Positions 10,843-23,480 of a stretch of DNA of 64,000 nucleotides are shown piece after piece. The position numbers and the translations under genes were made by a program. Source of the DNA: Eledone cirrhosa (Eukaryota); NCBI GenBank assembly GCA_964016885.1, contig OZ024751.1:5332001-5396000 (forward strand). The letters are read 5' to 3'. Position 1 is the first letter of the stretch. Each line of letters begins with the position of its first letter. The notes under the pieces are model-generated. The model did no database searches, was not told where the DNA came from, and saw only the letters and a program-made list of their open reading frames with translations.

Positions 10843-11506
10843 CCGTATTACTGTAGTGATGGTGCTGTAGCGGTGGCAGCAGCAGTGAAGGAGTCAGGGG
10901 GTGGTGGCGGCGGTGATGGGATAGTGGTGGTAATGATGGCCGTAGTGAGCGGTGGCGGTGAAGGTGAAAATGCTGTTGTGTTTAGTGTACACAGATGATG
11001 GGGTGGGTGGTGTATCTAGTTTCTGGTGTTGGTGAGTTTCGCTGTCCTATATAGTGTAGCCAGAGGAGAGGAGGGGGGGGGGGTTCTTCTTCTTCCATTT
11101 ATAGCCATTTTATTTTTTTTTTTATTTATTTATTTTTTTTTTGGATATACAGTGTACAATACAAAGTTGAATATTTGAATATTTGAGCCGTATTACTGTA
11201 GTGATGGTGCTGTAGCGGTGGCAGCAGCAGTGAAGGAGTCAAGGGGTGGTGGCGGCGGTGATGGGATAGTGGTGGTAATGATGGCCGTAGTGAGCGGTGG
11301 CGGTGAAGGTGAAAATGCTGTTGTGTTTAGTGTACACAGATGATGGGGTGGGTGGTGTATCTAGTTTCTGGTGTTGGTGAGTTTAGCTGTCCTATATAGT
11401 GTAGCCAGAGGAGAGGAGGGGGGGGGGTTCTTCTTCTTCCATTTATAGCCATTTTTTTTGGATATACAGTGTACAATACAAAGTTGAATATTTGAATATT
11501 TGAGCC
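10843..11506. repeat. Direct tandem duplication (~345 + ~320 bp) within the R4/Dong 5' leader
   Basis: ccgtattactgtagtgatgg...atatttgagcc occurs at 10843-11189 and 11188-11506. Confidence 0.93.
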
Positions 11507-11678
11507 TTATAACAATATATTTTGGGTCCGAATTTTTTTGGGGCTCAAGCCGGGTGCTTTACGTAGCATTTGTACTAAGAGTTGTTATTTCACAAATGAT
11601 TTAAATATGTTAAAAATTCAAAACTTACGGGAGCGATTTCATGACCTCCGTCACCTCGTGCGTCTTCTTCCCTAACAG

Positions 11679-11768
<90 letters not shown>
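11679..11768. repeat. (TTA)n
   Basis: Perfect trinucleotide run. Confidence 0.99.
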
Positions 11769-11769
<1 letters not shown>

Positions 11770-14700
11770 CTTGAATCTCAGTCATTGATGTTGGTTAACT
11801 GGAAAGTCCGTTGGATTGAATATCAAGCCACTACCTGCAGCCTCAGATATTCAGGACGTATCGGAGGGTTCTTGCTGTTCTAAGCAAGCATGCCTTTTGA
11901 AGCGTTCCAAAAAGCGTGAAGGGGCCGATTTTCTTTAACCATCCCTGGAAACTTTTGGAGATAGTCCCCAGTGCTCCTATGACAATCGGGATCACTTTGA
12001 CTTCATGGCAGTTCCAAATCCTTTTCACCTCCCACTTTAGGTCCTGGTATCGGTTAATTTTCTCCCTCTCCTTCTCTTGCACTCTCGTGTCGAACGGGCA
12101 GGCCACATCCACATTCAGGCACGATCTTTTTTCTTTGTCCACAACCACCAGGTCAGGTCTATTGTGTTCCAGTTTTTTGTCCGTCTGTATCCTAAAATCC
12201 CACAGCACCTTCACCTGATTGTTCTCCATCACCGCCTCTGGCCTATGCTCATACCATTTCTCAGAATGTGGTAAATTGTTTACTTTGCACAGGTGCCAGT
12301 GGATCACCCTGCCCATCACATCGTGTCTCCAGCCCTTATAGTGGGTCTGGGCTAGGTGTTTACACTCGGACACAATGTGAGCCACAGTCTCCTCTCTCTC
12401 TCCACAGATCCTGCACAGTGGGCTAGCCTCCTCCTTGTAGATATGGTGCTTCAACCACTTCGTTTTGAGGGCCTGCTCCTGCGCAGCCATTAGCATTCCT
12501 TCTGTAGCCTTTTTGAGGTCTCCTCTTCTCAACCAGTTCCATGGCTGTGGATCTCTAAATTCAGTTTTCTCAAAGAAGGTACTATGAAGGGATTTTCCCT
12601 TAAGGCTGCTCTTCCTCCTTGATGTTATTTCCTCCTTGGACATCCCCTGGCCTACTGTCCCCTCCTTCAGTACAGTTCTGAGCATTGGCTCCTTACTATA
12701 GGTCACGTATTTGTATAGGTTGTTTTTCTCCATCTGAACACAGTCCTCTATGCTGATAAGACCTCTTCCACCCTCAGATCTCCTTAGATAGAGTCTATCG
12801 ACATCACTCCTCTTGTGGAACATGTTGTAGGTAGTCAATAGCTTCCTAGTCTTCCTATCCATTTCTTTTTGTTCAGCAACATTCCATCTCAGAATTCCCG
12901 CACTGTACCTAATAATAGACACAGCTCGGGAATTTACTGCGCTTATGGCATTTCTGCTGTTCAGATGTGACTTCAATACGCTCCTTACTCTCCGAATGTA
13001 TTCAGTTCTTAACAATTCCTTCATTTTTTTGTTCTTTGTGCCATCAGCCTCCAGAACGCCCTAATACTTGTATCCTTCCTCAGAGTCAATTTCCTTTATC
13101 ATCTCACCTGTTGGTATCTGGATCCCGTTACTTCTGCTCAACCTACCCCTCTTCATCACAATGACTCCACATTTACCAATGCCAAACTGCATACATATAT
13201 CACTGCTGAAAATACGGACAGTGTCAACAAGCACATCCAACTCCTTCTCACTTTTCCCGAAGAGCTTAAGATCGTCCATGAAGAGGAGGTGATTGATGGT
13301 AAGCTCTCCCCTTCCCAACTTGTATCCTGCTCTCACTTTTCGCAGCATAATGGCCAAGGGCATCAGGGCAAGGACAAACAACAGAGGGGACAGGCTATCT
13401 CCCTGGAAGATACCTCTCTTGATCTTCACGCTTCCCAAGGATACTCCAGTTGATGTAAACTCTGTCTCCCAGGACCCCATACTCCTGCCTAGCAACTGCC
13501 TGATGTTATCTGCCACCCTGAAGATCTCCAGGCTTTTGGTGATCCAGGAATGAGGCACCATGTCAAATGCCTGTCTGTAGTCTATCCATCCCATGGCAAG
13601 ATCAGTGTGTCTCCTCCTGCAATTCCCCATTACCATCTTATCAATAAGTAACTGGTCCTTTGTACCACGTGACTTCTTTCGGCATCCTTTCTGTTCGTCC
13701 GGTAACAAGTTGTTTGTGTGGAGGTGATGGTAGATTTCCTCAGACACAATGCTCGTCAACAGTTTCCACATTACGGACAGACATGTGATAGGTCTATAGT
13801 TGGTAACATCATTACCCTTGATTCGGTCTTTCATTATCAGAACTGTGGTACCTTTTGTCAACCACTCTGGCACCTCACCCGACACCAAGCAGTCATTGAA
13901 CATGGCCGTCAGCTTCGGGTGGAGGGATGTTAAATGTTTAATCCAATACCCCTGCACACCATCTGGGCCTGGTGATTTCCAGTTGGTTAGTTTTTTGGCC
14001 TGCCCCTTAAGAGTTTCAACTGTGATACTCAAATCAGTTTGTTGTTGTGCCTGCTCACCGATCTCCCTCTGTATTGTCTCAATCCACCCTGCCTGGACAT
14101 TGTGTCTAACATCCTGCTCCCATATTCCTCTCCAGAATGTTTTAGTTTGTTCCGCCCCAGGGATCAAGTCGTTGCCTCTTTCTTTCCCCTCAAGCTGTCC
14201 AAACAGCATCTTCTGGTTGTTGTCGAACATGCGGTTCTGTTTATACTGACTGACTCTGTTCTCGTATCGCCTGATTTTGGCACTCTTTGCTACAATGCGT
14301 TGCTTCAATTCCTCTATGATAATATTTAGCTTTTTACTCCTAGTTTTGTATTTTATTTCCAGTCTATTTTTAGTGCCTATGTTTGTTAGTGTCCCATTCA
14401 GTAGTGACTCAAGCTTTCCTATGTCATTTCTCATTTCCCCGATTTGCCCACTCAGTCGCCTCTTCCACCACGGCTCTGCTCTTTCTTGTCTGTTGTTTCC
14501 TCTCGCTTTTATACCAAGTAGTTTCCTCACCGTATTTGCTGTTGCTTTGAGGATATTGTTGCACTGGTTAAGGCACCTCGCCTCAAGGTATGGGATGACT
14601 TTGTTTACCTTAGCTGTTGTTTCTTTTAACTTTTTCCTGTCTACAAATCTTAGGTTCATAGGTCTCCCACTATCATTGTTCAATTCATCTACCACTAAAT

Positions 14701-15705
14701 TTAGGATGTCAACCGAATCTTGTCCTAGCCCGTCAGCATTCATCTCCTCAGTGGCCGTATCTCTGTTCCAGGTATTATTTATCTCAGTATTCAGATCATT
14801 GTCTGCTTCGGGTGGTTCCTCCGTTCTCAGGACCTCTTCACCTTCATTTCCCACTGGCTCGCTTGTCTGCCATACTACACCCGCCATCTCCAAGCCATTC
14901 TCTCTGCTCAGTTCCTCCAGTTCCAGCTCGCTTATCCACCCATTAGTTCTTATTACCCGAGCCTGCCCGGCCAATTTTTGTTCATCTAATTTAAATAAAC
15001 CAATCTCGTTCCAGATGTTATGCATCCGTCTCCTGTAGCCCCTCTCCTTGGGGTTACTTTTCAGGTAGCATTGCATAACAGTTCTATTCAATTCTTTCGT
15101 CCAGTTGGTTCTGGCCCCTTTCCTTCTTCTTCTTCCTCCAACATCAGCAGTATTTGGTTGACAGTCAGGTTCCTGCTGCTGAGCCAGGGGGCACCTGTTG
15201 GGTGAGAGTCTGTCACATGACGTTCTAGTCTCCATTTCACCGTTATTCGAACTGTTTATGTTCGATATTTAAACACTCTTATCGAGGATTGGCGAATGTA
15301 TGGTTACATAGCCATCTGTGGATCCGCCATCCCACTTGGCCCTTGTGTGGCATTATCACCACGCTGTATACGAACACACATAAACAAACAAACACACAGG
15401 CAGAAAGGGCCCCAAAAATGAATAAGCATAAGTTTCATTGTAATGTAGTATTCGAATGTCTGACTTAGTTTTTGTTTTTTAAGTTTTACTTTTTCCCCCC
15501 TCTTCTCTGTCCGTCCGCCTGCTTCTCTCTTCATTCTTATTTTCTTTACGTTTTTGGGGTTTCTTTTTTTGTTTTTGTTTTTCTCTGTTTTTCTCGTTTT
15601 TTACTGTTGTTGCTGTGCTGCTTTTGTTGTTTGTTTTTTCTTTTTTCTTTTGAGTCTATCTATATATTTTGATGCCTTCCTCTTTGTTAGTAGTAGGAAT
15701 TCTAT
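11769..15705 (-). mobile_element. R4/Dong copy 2, 5' end shorter than copy 1
   Basis: Near-identical to 6807-10746. Confidence 0.95.
11843..15235 (-). pseudogene. R4/Dong ORF with one premature stop (YKYL to YKY*) at 13061-13063
   Basis: ORF track pieces 13061-15235 and 11843-13024 are in frame and match the intact copy. Confidence 0.93.
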
Positions 15706-15715
15706 AATAATAATA

Positions 15716-15751
<36 letters not shown>

Positions 15752-15760
15752 GTTGTTATT
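15702..15760. repeat. (TAA)n switching to (TTA)n
   Basis: tataataataataattattattatt... Confidence 0.95.
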
Positions 15761-16609
15761 CCTTGAATCTCAGTCATTGATGTTGGTTAACTGGAAAGTC
15801 CGTTGGAATGAATATCAAGCCACTACCTGCAGCCTCAGATATTCAGGACGTATCGGAGGGTTCTTGCTGTTCCAAGCAAGCATGCCTTTTGAAGCGTTCC
15901 AAAAAGCGTGACGGGGCCGATTTTCTTTAACCATCCCTGGAAACTTTTGGAGATAGTCCCCAGTGCGCCCATGACAATCGGGATCACTTTGACTTCATGG
16001 CAGTTCCAAATCCTTTTCACCTCCCACTTTAGGTCCTGGTATCGGTTAATTTTCTCCCTCTCCTTCTCTTGCACTCTCGTGTCGAATGGGCAGGCCACAT
16101 CCACAATCAGACACGATCTTTTTTCTTTGTCCACAACCACCAGGTCAGGTCTATTGTGTTCCAGTTTCTTGTTCGTCTGTATCCTAAAATCCCACAGCAC
16201 CTTCACCTGATCGTTCTCCGTCACCGCCTCTGGCCTCTGCTCATACCACTTCTCAGAATGTGGTAAATTGTTCACTTTGCACAGGTGCCAGTGGATCACC
16301 TTGCCCATCACATCATGTCTCCAGCCCTTATAGTGGGTCTGGGCTAGGTGTTTACACTCGGATACAATGTGAGCCACAGTCTCCTCTCTCTCTCCACAGA
16401 TCCTGCACAGTGGGCTAGCCTTCTCCTTGTAAATATGGTGCTTCAACCACTTCGTTTTGAGGGCCTGCTCCTGCGCAGCCATTAACATTCCTTCTGTAGC
16501 CTTTTTGAGGTCTCCTCTTCTCAACCAGTTCCATGTCTGTGGATCTCTAAATTCAGTTTTCTCAAAGAAGGTACTATGAAGGGATTTTCCCTTTAGGCTG
16601 CTCTTCCTC

Positions 16610-16612
<3 letters not shown>
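15761..16612 (-). mobile_element. 5'-truncated R4/Dong copy 3 (CCHC + RLE + 3' UTR)
   Basis: ORF 15835-16614 matches the C-terminus of the intact copy; (TTA)n on both sides. Confidence 0.95.

Positions 16613-16696
<84 letters not shown>
16613..16696. repeat. (TTA)n
   Basis: Perfect run. Confidence 0.99.
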
Positions 16697-16903
16697 GGCG
16701 ACCTACGTAGTAAATCGTATCATCGTGAGCTCCGCAAAGGTTTGTTATTTCCGTTTGTTAAAAATTGCCATTTATGGAAAATTTTATTGTTAACTGTTTA
16801 TAAGCACACATACATTGTTTTCCGAAAAGGACACCCAAAAAGATTGGGGCCTTGTGCCCAAAATTTTAACTTTTATTATTATCCAAAAATTTCTTTGAAA
16901 AAA

Positions 16904-18869
16904 ATGGCTAATTCCCCTCTGCACGAAGCAGCTGAAAGCCTTCCTCACAAAATAACACCTCACACCGACACCACCATTGTAAATGTTACTACGTTTGCCA
17001 ACACAAAAAAAATATAAGCAGTAGCAATACTTTAAATTTGTCTCAGGCAGACATTCATTTCCCGCCATTACCAATGACTGCAGGTGTTAAAGCCTCCCCC
17101 ACCACCACCACCGCGACAACCACCACCCCTACCACCACCGCGACAACAGAAACAAAAGAAGAAAAAAATAAATTAACTCGTGATGTCGAAATGAAATCAA
17201 GCAAAATGGACTCTTCCGCACCAAAGACGACTGACGTCACCACCACCACAACTGAAACTAAAATTAATATTAACACAAATAACGATAGCAACAACAACAA
17301 CAATGACATTATAAAACCGACCCTCAGTTTCGCCATAGTAGCAAAACAATTTGAAGCATTCACAGTAACTCAAGAGGATTTAGAAAATGCCAAACAAATG
17401 GTAAAGAAAAATGGGTACAGGGTCAGCCTCACCCCCCCCCCCCCCCACCTAATAAAATGGAGCATCGGCGCCTATGCACCGTGTCGTATAGAACAATAAA
17501 TGTAAAATCGCGCCGAGTGGAACGGGCATCCGAGTCCCAAATCCAAAAAGCTTTGGGACATGTGTGGGCAAGAAAAACCCACATCAGACGTGGGCAAAAA
17601 CCGTGGATGTGTTCTTTGAAACACCAGAGGAGGCTAGAGAACACTCCATGGCCCCATTAAAAAGTGACGACTTCACACTCGTCCCAAGCTATTGTGGCCA
17701 GAGACTCGTAAAAATCAGGGTGACCCACGTTCCACCGGCCATCGAAATTCCCTGGCTAATAGCGGCTGTCCTCGCCGGCATCGAAGCCAACACGAAAATA
17801 ATAGCAATAGCAAAAGAAAAGCAGGAAAACTGGTCCGGATCTGGGATGGAGCCCCTAATCCAAGCGGACCAAAAAAGCATTGAGGAGATCCCAGAGGTAA
17901 TAGACCTCACTGACGGCAGCCACCTCACGGTAATTGTCGAGGGCAGAAGACCTAGGTGTGTCGTTTGTGGTGAAGGAACCCACCTAAGGGCTTTCTGCCC
18001 TCAGGCTAAAAGGTTGAGGCCACCTCTCCTACCCACCCCAGTGACACAACCATCAACACCACCAGTAGCAGAGATGGCAGCAACAACTGTAGCAGCAACA
18101 ACAGAAGCAACTATAACAGCAACAACCCCAGCAACAGTAGCAAAACCAACACCACCACCACCCAACGCTTCAGAACTAGCACCAGCGCCTACACCATCCA
18201 CCACACCACAACCAAAACTAACGGCTGTGGAGCATTTTCCACTCCCCGGCCTATCACAACTGGAGACAGATTGTGACGACGAGGAGTGGGAAACGATATC
18301 CGGAAAAAAAAAGAAACAAAAAAAGAAAATATTCTCTTCCTTCCCCCTCCAAAAACAAAATACAGAGGGAAACAAATAAACTAAGAAACAAAAAAGTTAG
18401 GACAGATATGCCACCATCCACACCAGCATCACCAACCCCATCAACCCAAACACCAACACGATCACCATCATTAAATCCAACACCACCATCACTTACACCA
18501 CAAAAGTCACCAAAATGCGAAACAGAAACAAACCCACAACAAACGCAAACAAAACAAAACAACCAAAACGATACACACTACACAGCATTAAATTTGAACA
18601 ACAAGCAATTATTACACTACATCCAACACAACACCAGCATCACAGAAAAAGACTACACAACAACCCCAAAATTCACACCACCTCCACACATACAAATCAC
18701 TCGCATCACACAGAAAACGTACATGACACTAAAACAAAAATTCCCCAAAGACATCGAAGACTTCCGACAAGCACTCTCCAGGAGGATTTATAAGGACAAC
18801 CTTCCTGAGGAGGCCACAAGCAGTGAAAAGGATGGAAAAACCGTCCTTCCCCTACGAGAAGTAAGGTAA
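16904..18869 (+). pseudogene. Frameshifted Tx1 ORF1
   Basis: Pieces in several frames (TVSYRTINVKSRRVERASESQIQKALG; LVPSYCGQ; CVVCGEGTHLRAFC), broken mostly at homopolymer runs. Confidence 0.85.
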
Positions 18870-18903
18870 GTGGTCTTTCCCATCTTTTCCACTCCTTTTC
18901 AGC

Positions 18904-21900
18904 ATGACCTCACTCAGAATAGGCAGCATAAATGCGCGTGGCTTGGGGTCGTCATGGAAGCAGGGCCACCTGCTCAACGACCTCAGGTCACTAAACATAG
19001 ATGTAGTGGCCATCAGCGAGACCAGAATCTCCGAAGCACAGGCTTTCGCACCGATCTTCGGCGGCTACGATGTGTACGCATCTCCCAGCCGTCCGGGATC
19101 GGGGGGAGGAGTTGCTGTGCTTTTTCGGAGAGTTTTGGATCTTGCCATACGGGCCATCTTCCTGGACCCAGAAGGTAAGTTGGTGGTGCTGGACGTGACC
19201 AGCGGAGACGGGCAAGCTTTCAGGTTAGTGGCCGTCTATGCCCCGACAGGAGCAGGGCGGCCTGATTTCTTCCGGCGTCTGGAGACCTTTCTTGGAACGT
19301 CCCGCTCTTTAGTGTTAGTGGACGACTGGAACGGGATCTTAGATGCACGCTGGGATTGTGTGGGATTAGTGAATAGGGAAAGAGGGTGCAAGAGTCTCAC
19401 CAACCTGCTCAGACGTTTTGAACTGTCTGACAGGTACCGAATGGATTTCCCGAATGTACCAATGTGGACTTGGACAAATCGCATAGGGTCATCCAGATCA
19501 TATCTAGATAGAGTATTTTGTAGGGAAATAGATAGGTCTAGCATAGGCTGTCCACAATTCAAGATAGTCAGCTACACGGACCACAAATTCCTTATCTGTG
19601 TGCTTGACTTAGATAGGCTTCATAGGCGAGGACCCGGCTACTGGAAGCTAAACGCGTCCTTACCAGCGCGCAAGGCCTACAGAGACCGGATTAGTGAACT
19701 AGTTAAGCGGGCGTTGACGGGGGCCATCGTCAACAACAAGTGGTGGTTTGCTCTGAAAAGAGCAATTAGAATAGAGTCCATTAGGTTTAGTAAGACTTTA
19801 GCAATAGAGAAAAATAGAGCAGAGGGAGAACTAGTTAGAAAATTAGATGAGGCGCTTAGCAAAGGCATCGCGACCGACGTACTTGCGGCGAAATTGGCCC
19901 TTGACCAATTCTTCAATGCAAAGCACGAAGGCTGCGTTGTCAGAGCTAGGGTGCGTGCTCTCAGACACGAGGGGACGAAAGCCGTTCAATGGGCCCGAGT
20001 GGCGGAGGCGCGTCGTGGCAACAAAGCCAGGATCCGGTCTTTGGTGGACCACGACGGGCGCATGCTACTCGATCCCCGGCAAATGTGTGAAGCTTTTCAG
20101 CGACACTTCGCTCAACTGTTCGGGGGCAGTGGCGGGCCGGATCGAGGGATGGACTTTAGTGTCTACCTCGACGGACTGCCGCGGCTTTCGGCCACTGAGG
20201 CGGAGTGTTGCGAAAAGCCGATAACAACCGCTGAAGTACGGGATGCAATGACTAGTTGCACAAGGGGTAAATCGCCTGGTTTGGATGGTCTGCCCTATGA
20301 ACTTTACGTACAAATGCCAAACTTGTTCGGAGGCCTCTTGGCGGTCGTCTACTGCAACTAGCAACAGAACGGGAGAATTCCCAGCTCTGTGAGCCGAGGA
20401 GCGGTGGCGCTGCTGAGAAAGGATCCGAACAAGGGGGATAACATAGATAATTTTAGGCCCATAACTCTGCTAAACACAGAGTTCAAGATTTTGGCCAAGG
20501 TGCTAGCAAAGAGGTTGGCGCTTGTCGTTGGTGGTCTGGTGGGAGAGGCACAGACATGCGCCATTCCCGACAGATCCATCCACGACAACCTCCACCTCAT
20601 GCGATACATCGTAGAGAGGGTAGCTAGGGAACCTGGCAAGGGTGGGTCTTTGATCAATTTAGATCAATCGAAAGCCTTCGATAGGGTCGACCATCGTTAC
20701 CTAGCGGCAGTCCTGAGGGCGGCTGGCTTTGGGCCCGTCTTCAGAGGCTGGATCGCTGCCATGCACAGCGACATCTGCTCTGTAGTGAGAGTGAACGGTC
20801 ACCTTTCGGAACCGTTCAACATCATGCGCTCGGTCCGCCAAGGATGTCCCCTCTCATCCCTATTGTACGTATTGACTCTCGAGCCATTACTGCACAAACT
20901 GGAGACGTTGAGGGGGGTCCCGTGCGAACTAGGATGCGGAAGATCCGTGTCGCAATATGCCGACGATGTCACCGTAGTGGTGTCGAACGCCAAACACATC
21001 GAGGCGATCGGCACTACACTAAGAGAATACGAAGCGGTGACAGGAGCAATGATCAACCAGGAAAAGTCAGTGGGCCTGCAGCTCGGCACCTGGAGAGGCA
21101 GGTCCATGCCGTCCAACAGCGTCGTCGGGCGCTGGACGGACGGACCGGTTAAATTGCTAGGGGTCTGGTTCGGTCCAGACCTCCAGACGGACAAAAACTG
21201 GGACGAGGTGACGAGCAGGGTGGCTTCTCTCACCCAGAAATGGGCCGAGAGGAAGCTATCCCTGAAAGGTCGAGCGGAGGTGGCGAATGCGTACATCGCA
21301 TCCGTCATCTACTACCGCCTGACCGTCGTACCTTGTCCTAAGCCCCGCCCGACTGCGCTGGAGCGTTTGCTGTTTCGCTTCTTGTGGAAGGGACGCACTC
21401 CGATGGTCAGGCGGTCCATCTGCTGTCAACACCCGCTACGTGGAGGGCTGGGCATGCCGTGGCTGATGATGCGCAGACACGCGCTCAGGCTACGACATCT
21501 CCACCTCTTCCTCGACGGTGATCAGGTGTGGTCGCCGTTTGCTAGACACGTTTTTCCCCAGCTCGTCTCCTTGACGGAGCTGCAGTCCTGGGTCAAGCGA
21601 AGACCGAGAGGGAGCGCTTGGAGACTGGAATGTCTTCAGGCGCTAACAGCCCTCGACCAATCGGGCAATGTGATCGGTGGAAACTCCACCTTGGCGTTCT
21701 ATAGGGGATTAGTGGAGGGGAAGAGCGACGACGTACTTGGAGAAACTCTAGGCGTCGACGAAAATCAACTAGCTAATCTCTTCGGAAGGACTTTCGGGCC
21801 GGGGCCTATGGACAACTTCCAGAAATCCCTGGCCTGGCAGTGCTACCGAGGAGCTTTGCCAGTTCGGGATAAACTCTACAGGCATGGAGGTGCCGTCAGC

Positions 21901-22323
21901 CGGGCATGTCCGAGATGCGCGCAGGGCGACGAAACCGTCCTGCACGCACTCGTCCAGTGTCCGAGCATTGCTGACTTGTGGGTTTATGTCGAACACCTGC
22001 TGTCACGTGTAGGACGGATCCAGCTATCAGCTGAGTCCATCGTGAGGATTGCCCCGCCCCCTTCCTTTAGCCGGGAAGGGCAGGAAGTTTTTATCTGTCT
22101 GGTGGCCATGGCGAAAGAGATAGTATGGTGGACACGTTTGAAAGGGCTGAAGACGAGCACTTACCTCTTCGGTGATGCCCTGATTAACTTTTTCAAATTT
22201 CATTTGAAAAGAAAAATCATGGTAGAGAGGGAAGTGCTCTCTTCCCAGCATTTTGTTGAAAGATGGGTGAGAGAAGCAAGCATGGCCCGAATGAATGGAC
22301 CTTCTCTGAGTATGTGTCTGTAA
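18904..22323 (+). pseudogene. Tx1 ORF2 with nonsense codon TGG>TAG at 20359-20361
   Basis: In-frame halves 18904-20361 and 20389-22323 align to the intact ORF2; also GDWN>DDWN. Confidence 0.93.
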
Positions 22324-22571
22324 ATTAAAGGTGGAAAACTGGGAGAGGGCACTTGCCCTGGTGGTCAGGGCCACTGTGGTCTTTTAATGGGCTTTCTCCA
22401 CAAATGTCCCTCGGAAGTCTCCCCCCTATTGGGGAATTTTTCTTTGTTATTTTATTACAACCTCTGTTTTTTTTACACGCAGAAATGCCCATTTGTACCG
22501 TCCTGTATTGTCCTGTTCTGTCCTTAATGTCTACTTTATGTAAACCCTTGTGGTTAATAAAGAAAACAAAA

Positions 22572-22572
<1 letters not shown>

Positions 22573-22620
<48 letters not shown>

Positions 22621-22629
22621 GTTGTTATT
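22573..22629. repeat. (TTA)n
   Basis: Run with TTG variants. Confidence 0.97.
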
Positions 22630-23170
22630 CCTTGAATCTCAGTCATTGATGTTGGTTAACTGGAAAGTCCGTTGGAATGAATATCAAGCCACTACCTGCA
22701 GCCTCAGATATTCAGGACGTATCGGAGGGTTCTTGCTGTTCCAAGCAAGCATGCCTTTTGAAGCGTTCCAAAAAGCGTGAAGGGGCCGATTTTCTTTAAC
22801 CATCCCTGGAAACTTTTGGAGATAGTCCCCAGTGCGCCTATGACAATCGGGATCACTTTGACTTCATGGCAGTTCCAAATCCTTTTCACCTCCCACTCTA
22901 GGTCCTGGTATCGGTTAATTTTCTCCCTCTCCTTCTCTTGCACTCTCGTGTCGAAAGGGCAGGCCACATCCACAATCAGACACGATCTTTTTTCTTTGTC
23001 CACAACCACCAGGTCAGGTCTATTGTGTTCCAGTTTTTTGTCCGTCTGTATCCCAAAATCCCACAGCACCTTCACCTGATTGTTCTCCATCACCGCCTCT
23101 GGCCTATGCTCATACCATTTCTCAGAATGTGGTAAATTGTTTACTTTGCACAGGTGCCAGTGGATCACCC
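22630..23170 (-). mobile_element. 5'-truncated R4/Dong copy 4 (RLE + 3' UTR)
   Basis: ORF 22704-23168 matches the C-terminus; (TTA)n on both sides. Confidence 0.95.

Positions 23171-23227
<57 letters not shown>
23171..23227. repeat. (TTA)n
   Basis: Perfect run. Confidence 0.98.
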
Positions 23228-23228
<1 letters not shown>

Positions 23229-23480
23229 CTGAGACGCTCGTGGGGAGCAGAGTCCTTAAACACTCCTTCCAGCGGGCCCTGTCAGAAGCAATCTTCTCCA
23301 ACTGATCCGGCTGGATCCCCAAGTGAGACCAGTCAAGCTCATGGATGTTATCCAACCATCTTGCTCGGGGTCTACCCCTAGGTCTCTTGCCGGTTGGTTT
23401 TGCCCGTAATATCTGTCCAGCTATTCTTTCCTGAGACATTCTAACCACATGCCCATAGTGTCGGAGCTGTGATATCTTAA
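23228..23480 (-). mobile_element. 3' fragment of an RTE-clade LINE with (TAA)n tail
   Basis: Translation GHVVRMSQERIAGQIL...GKRPRGRPRARWLD...ASDRARWK is the typical RTE C-terminus. Confidence 0.8.

Larger units (their letters stand above)
6807..11678 (-). mobile_element. R4/Dong-clade RLE non-LTR retrotransposon, apparently full length with a ~1.4-kb 5' leader
   Basis: Single intact RT-CCHC-RLE ORF, short 3' UTR ending in (TAA)n, bounded by (TTA)n at 11679. Including 10746-11678 in the element is an inference. Confidence 0.85.
16697..22572 (+). mobile_element. Full-length Tx1-type element, copy 2, defective
   Basis: 5' UTR and ORF1 differ from copy 1; ORF2 and 3' UTR nearly identical to copy 1; (TTA)n flanks. 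Confidence 0.94.
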
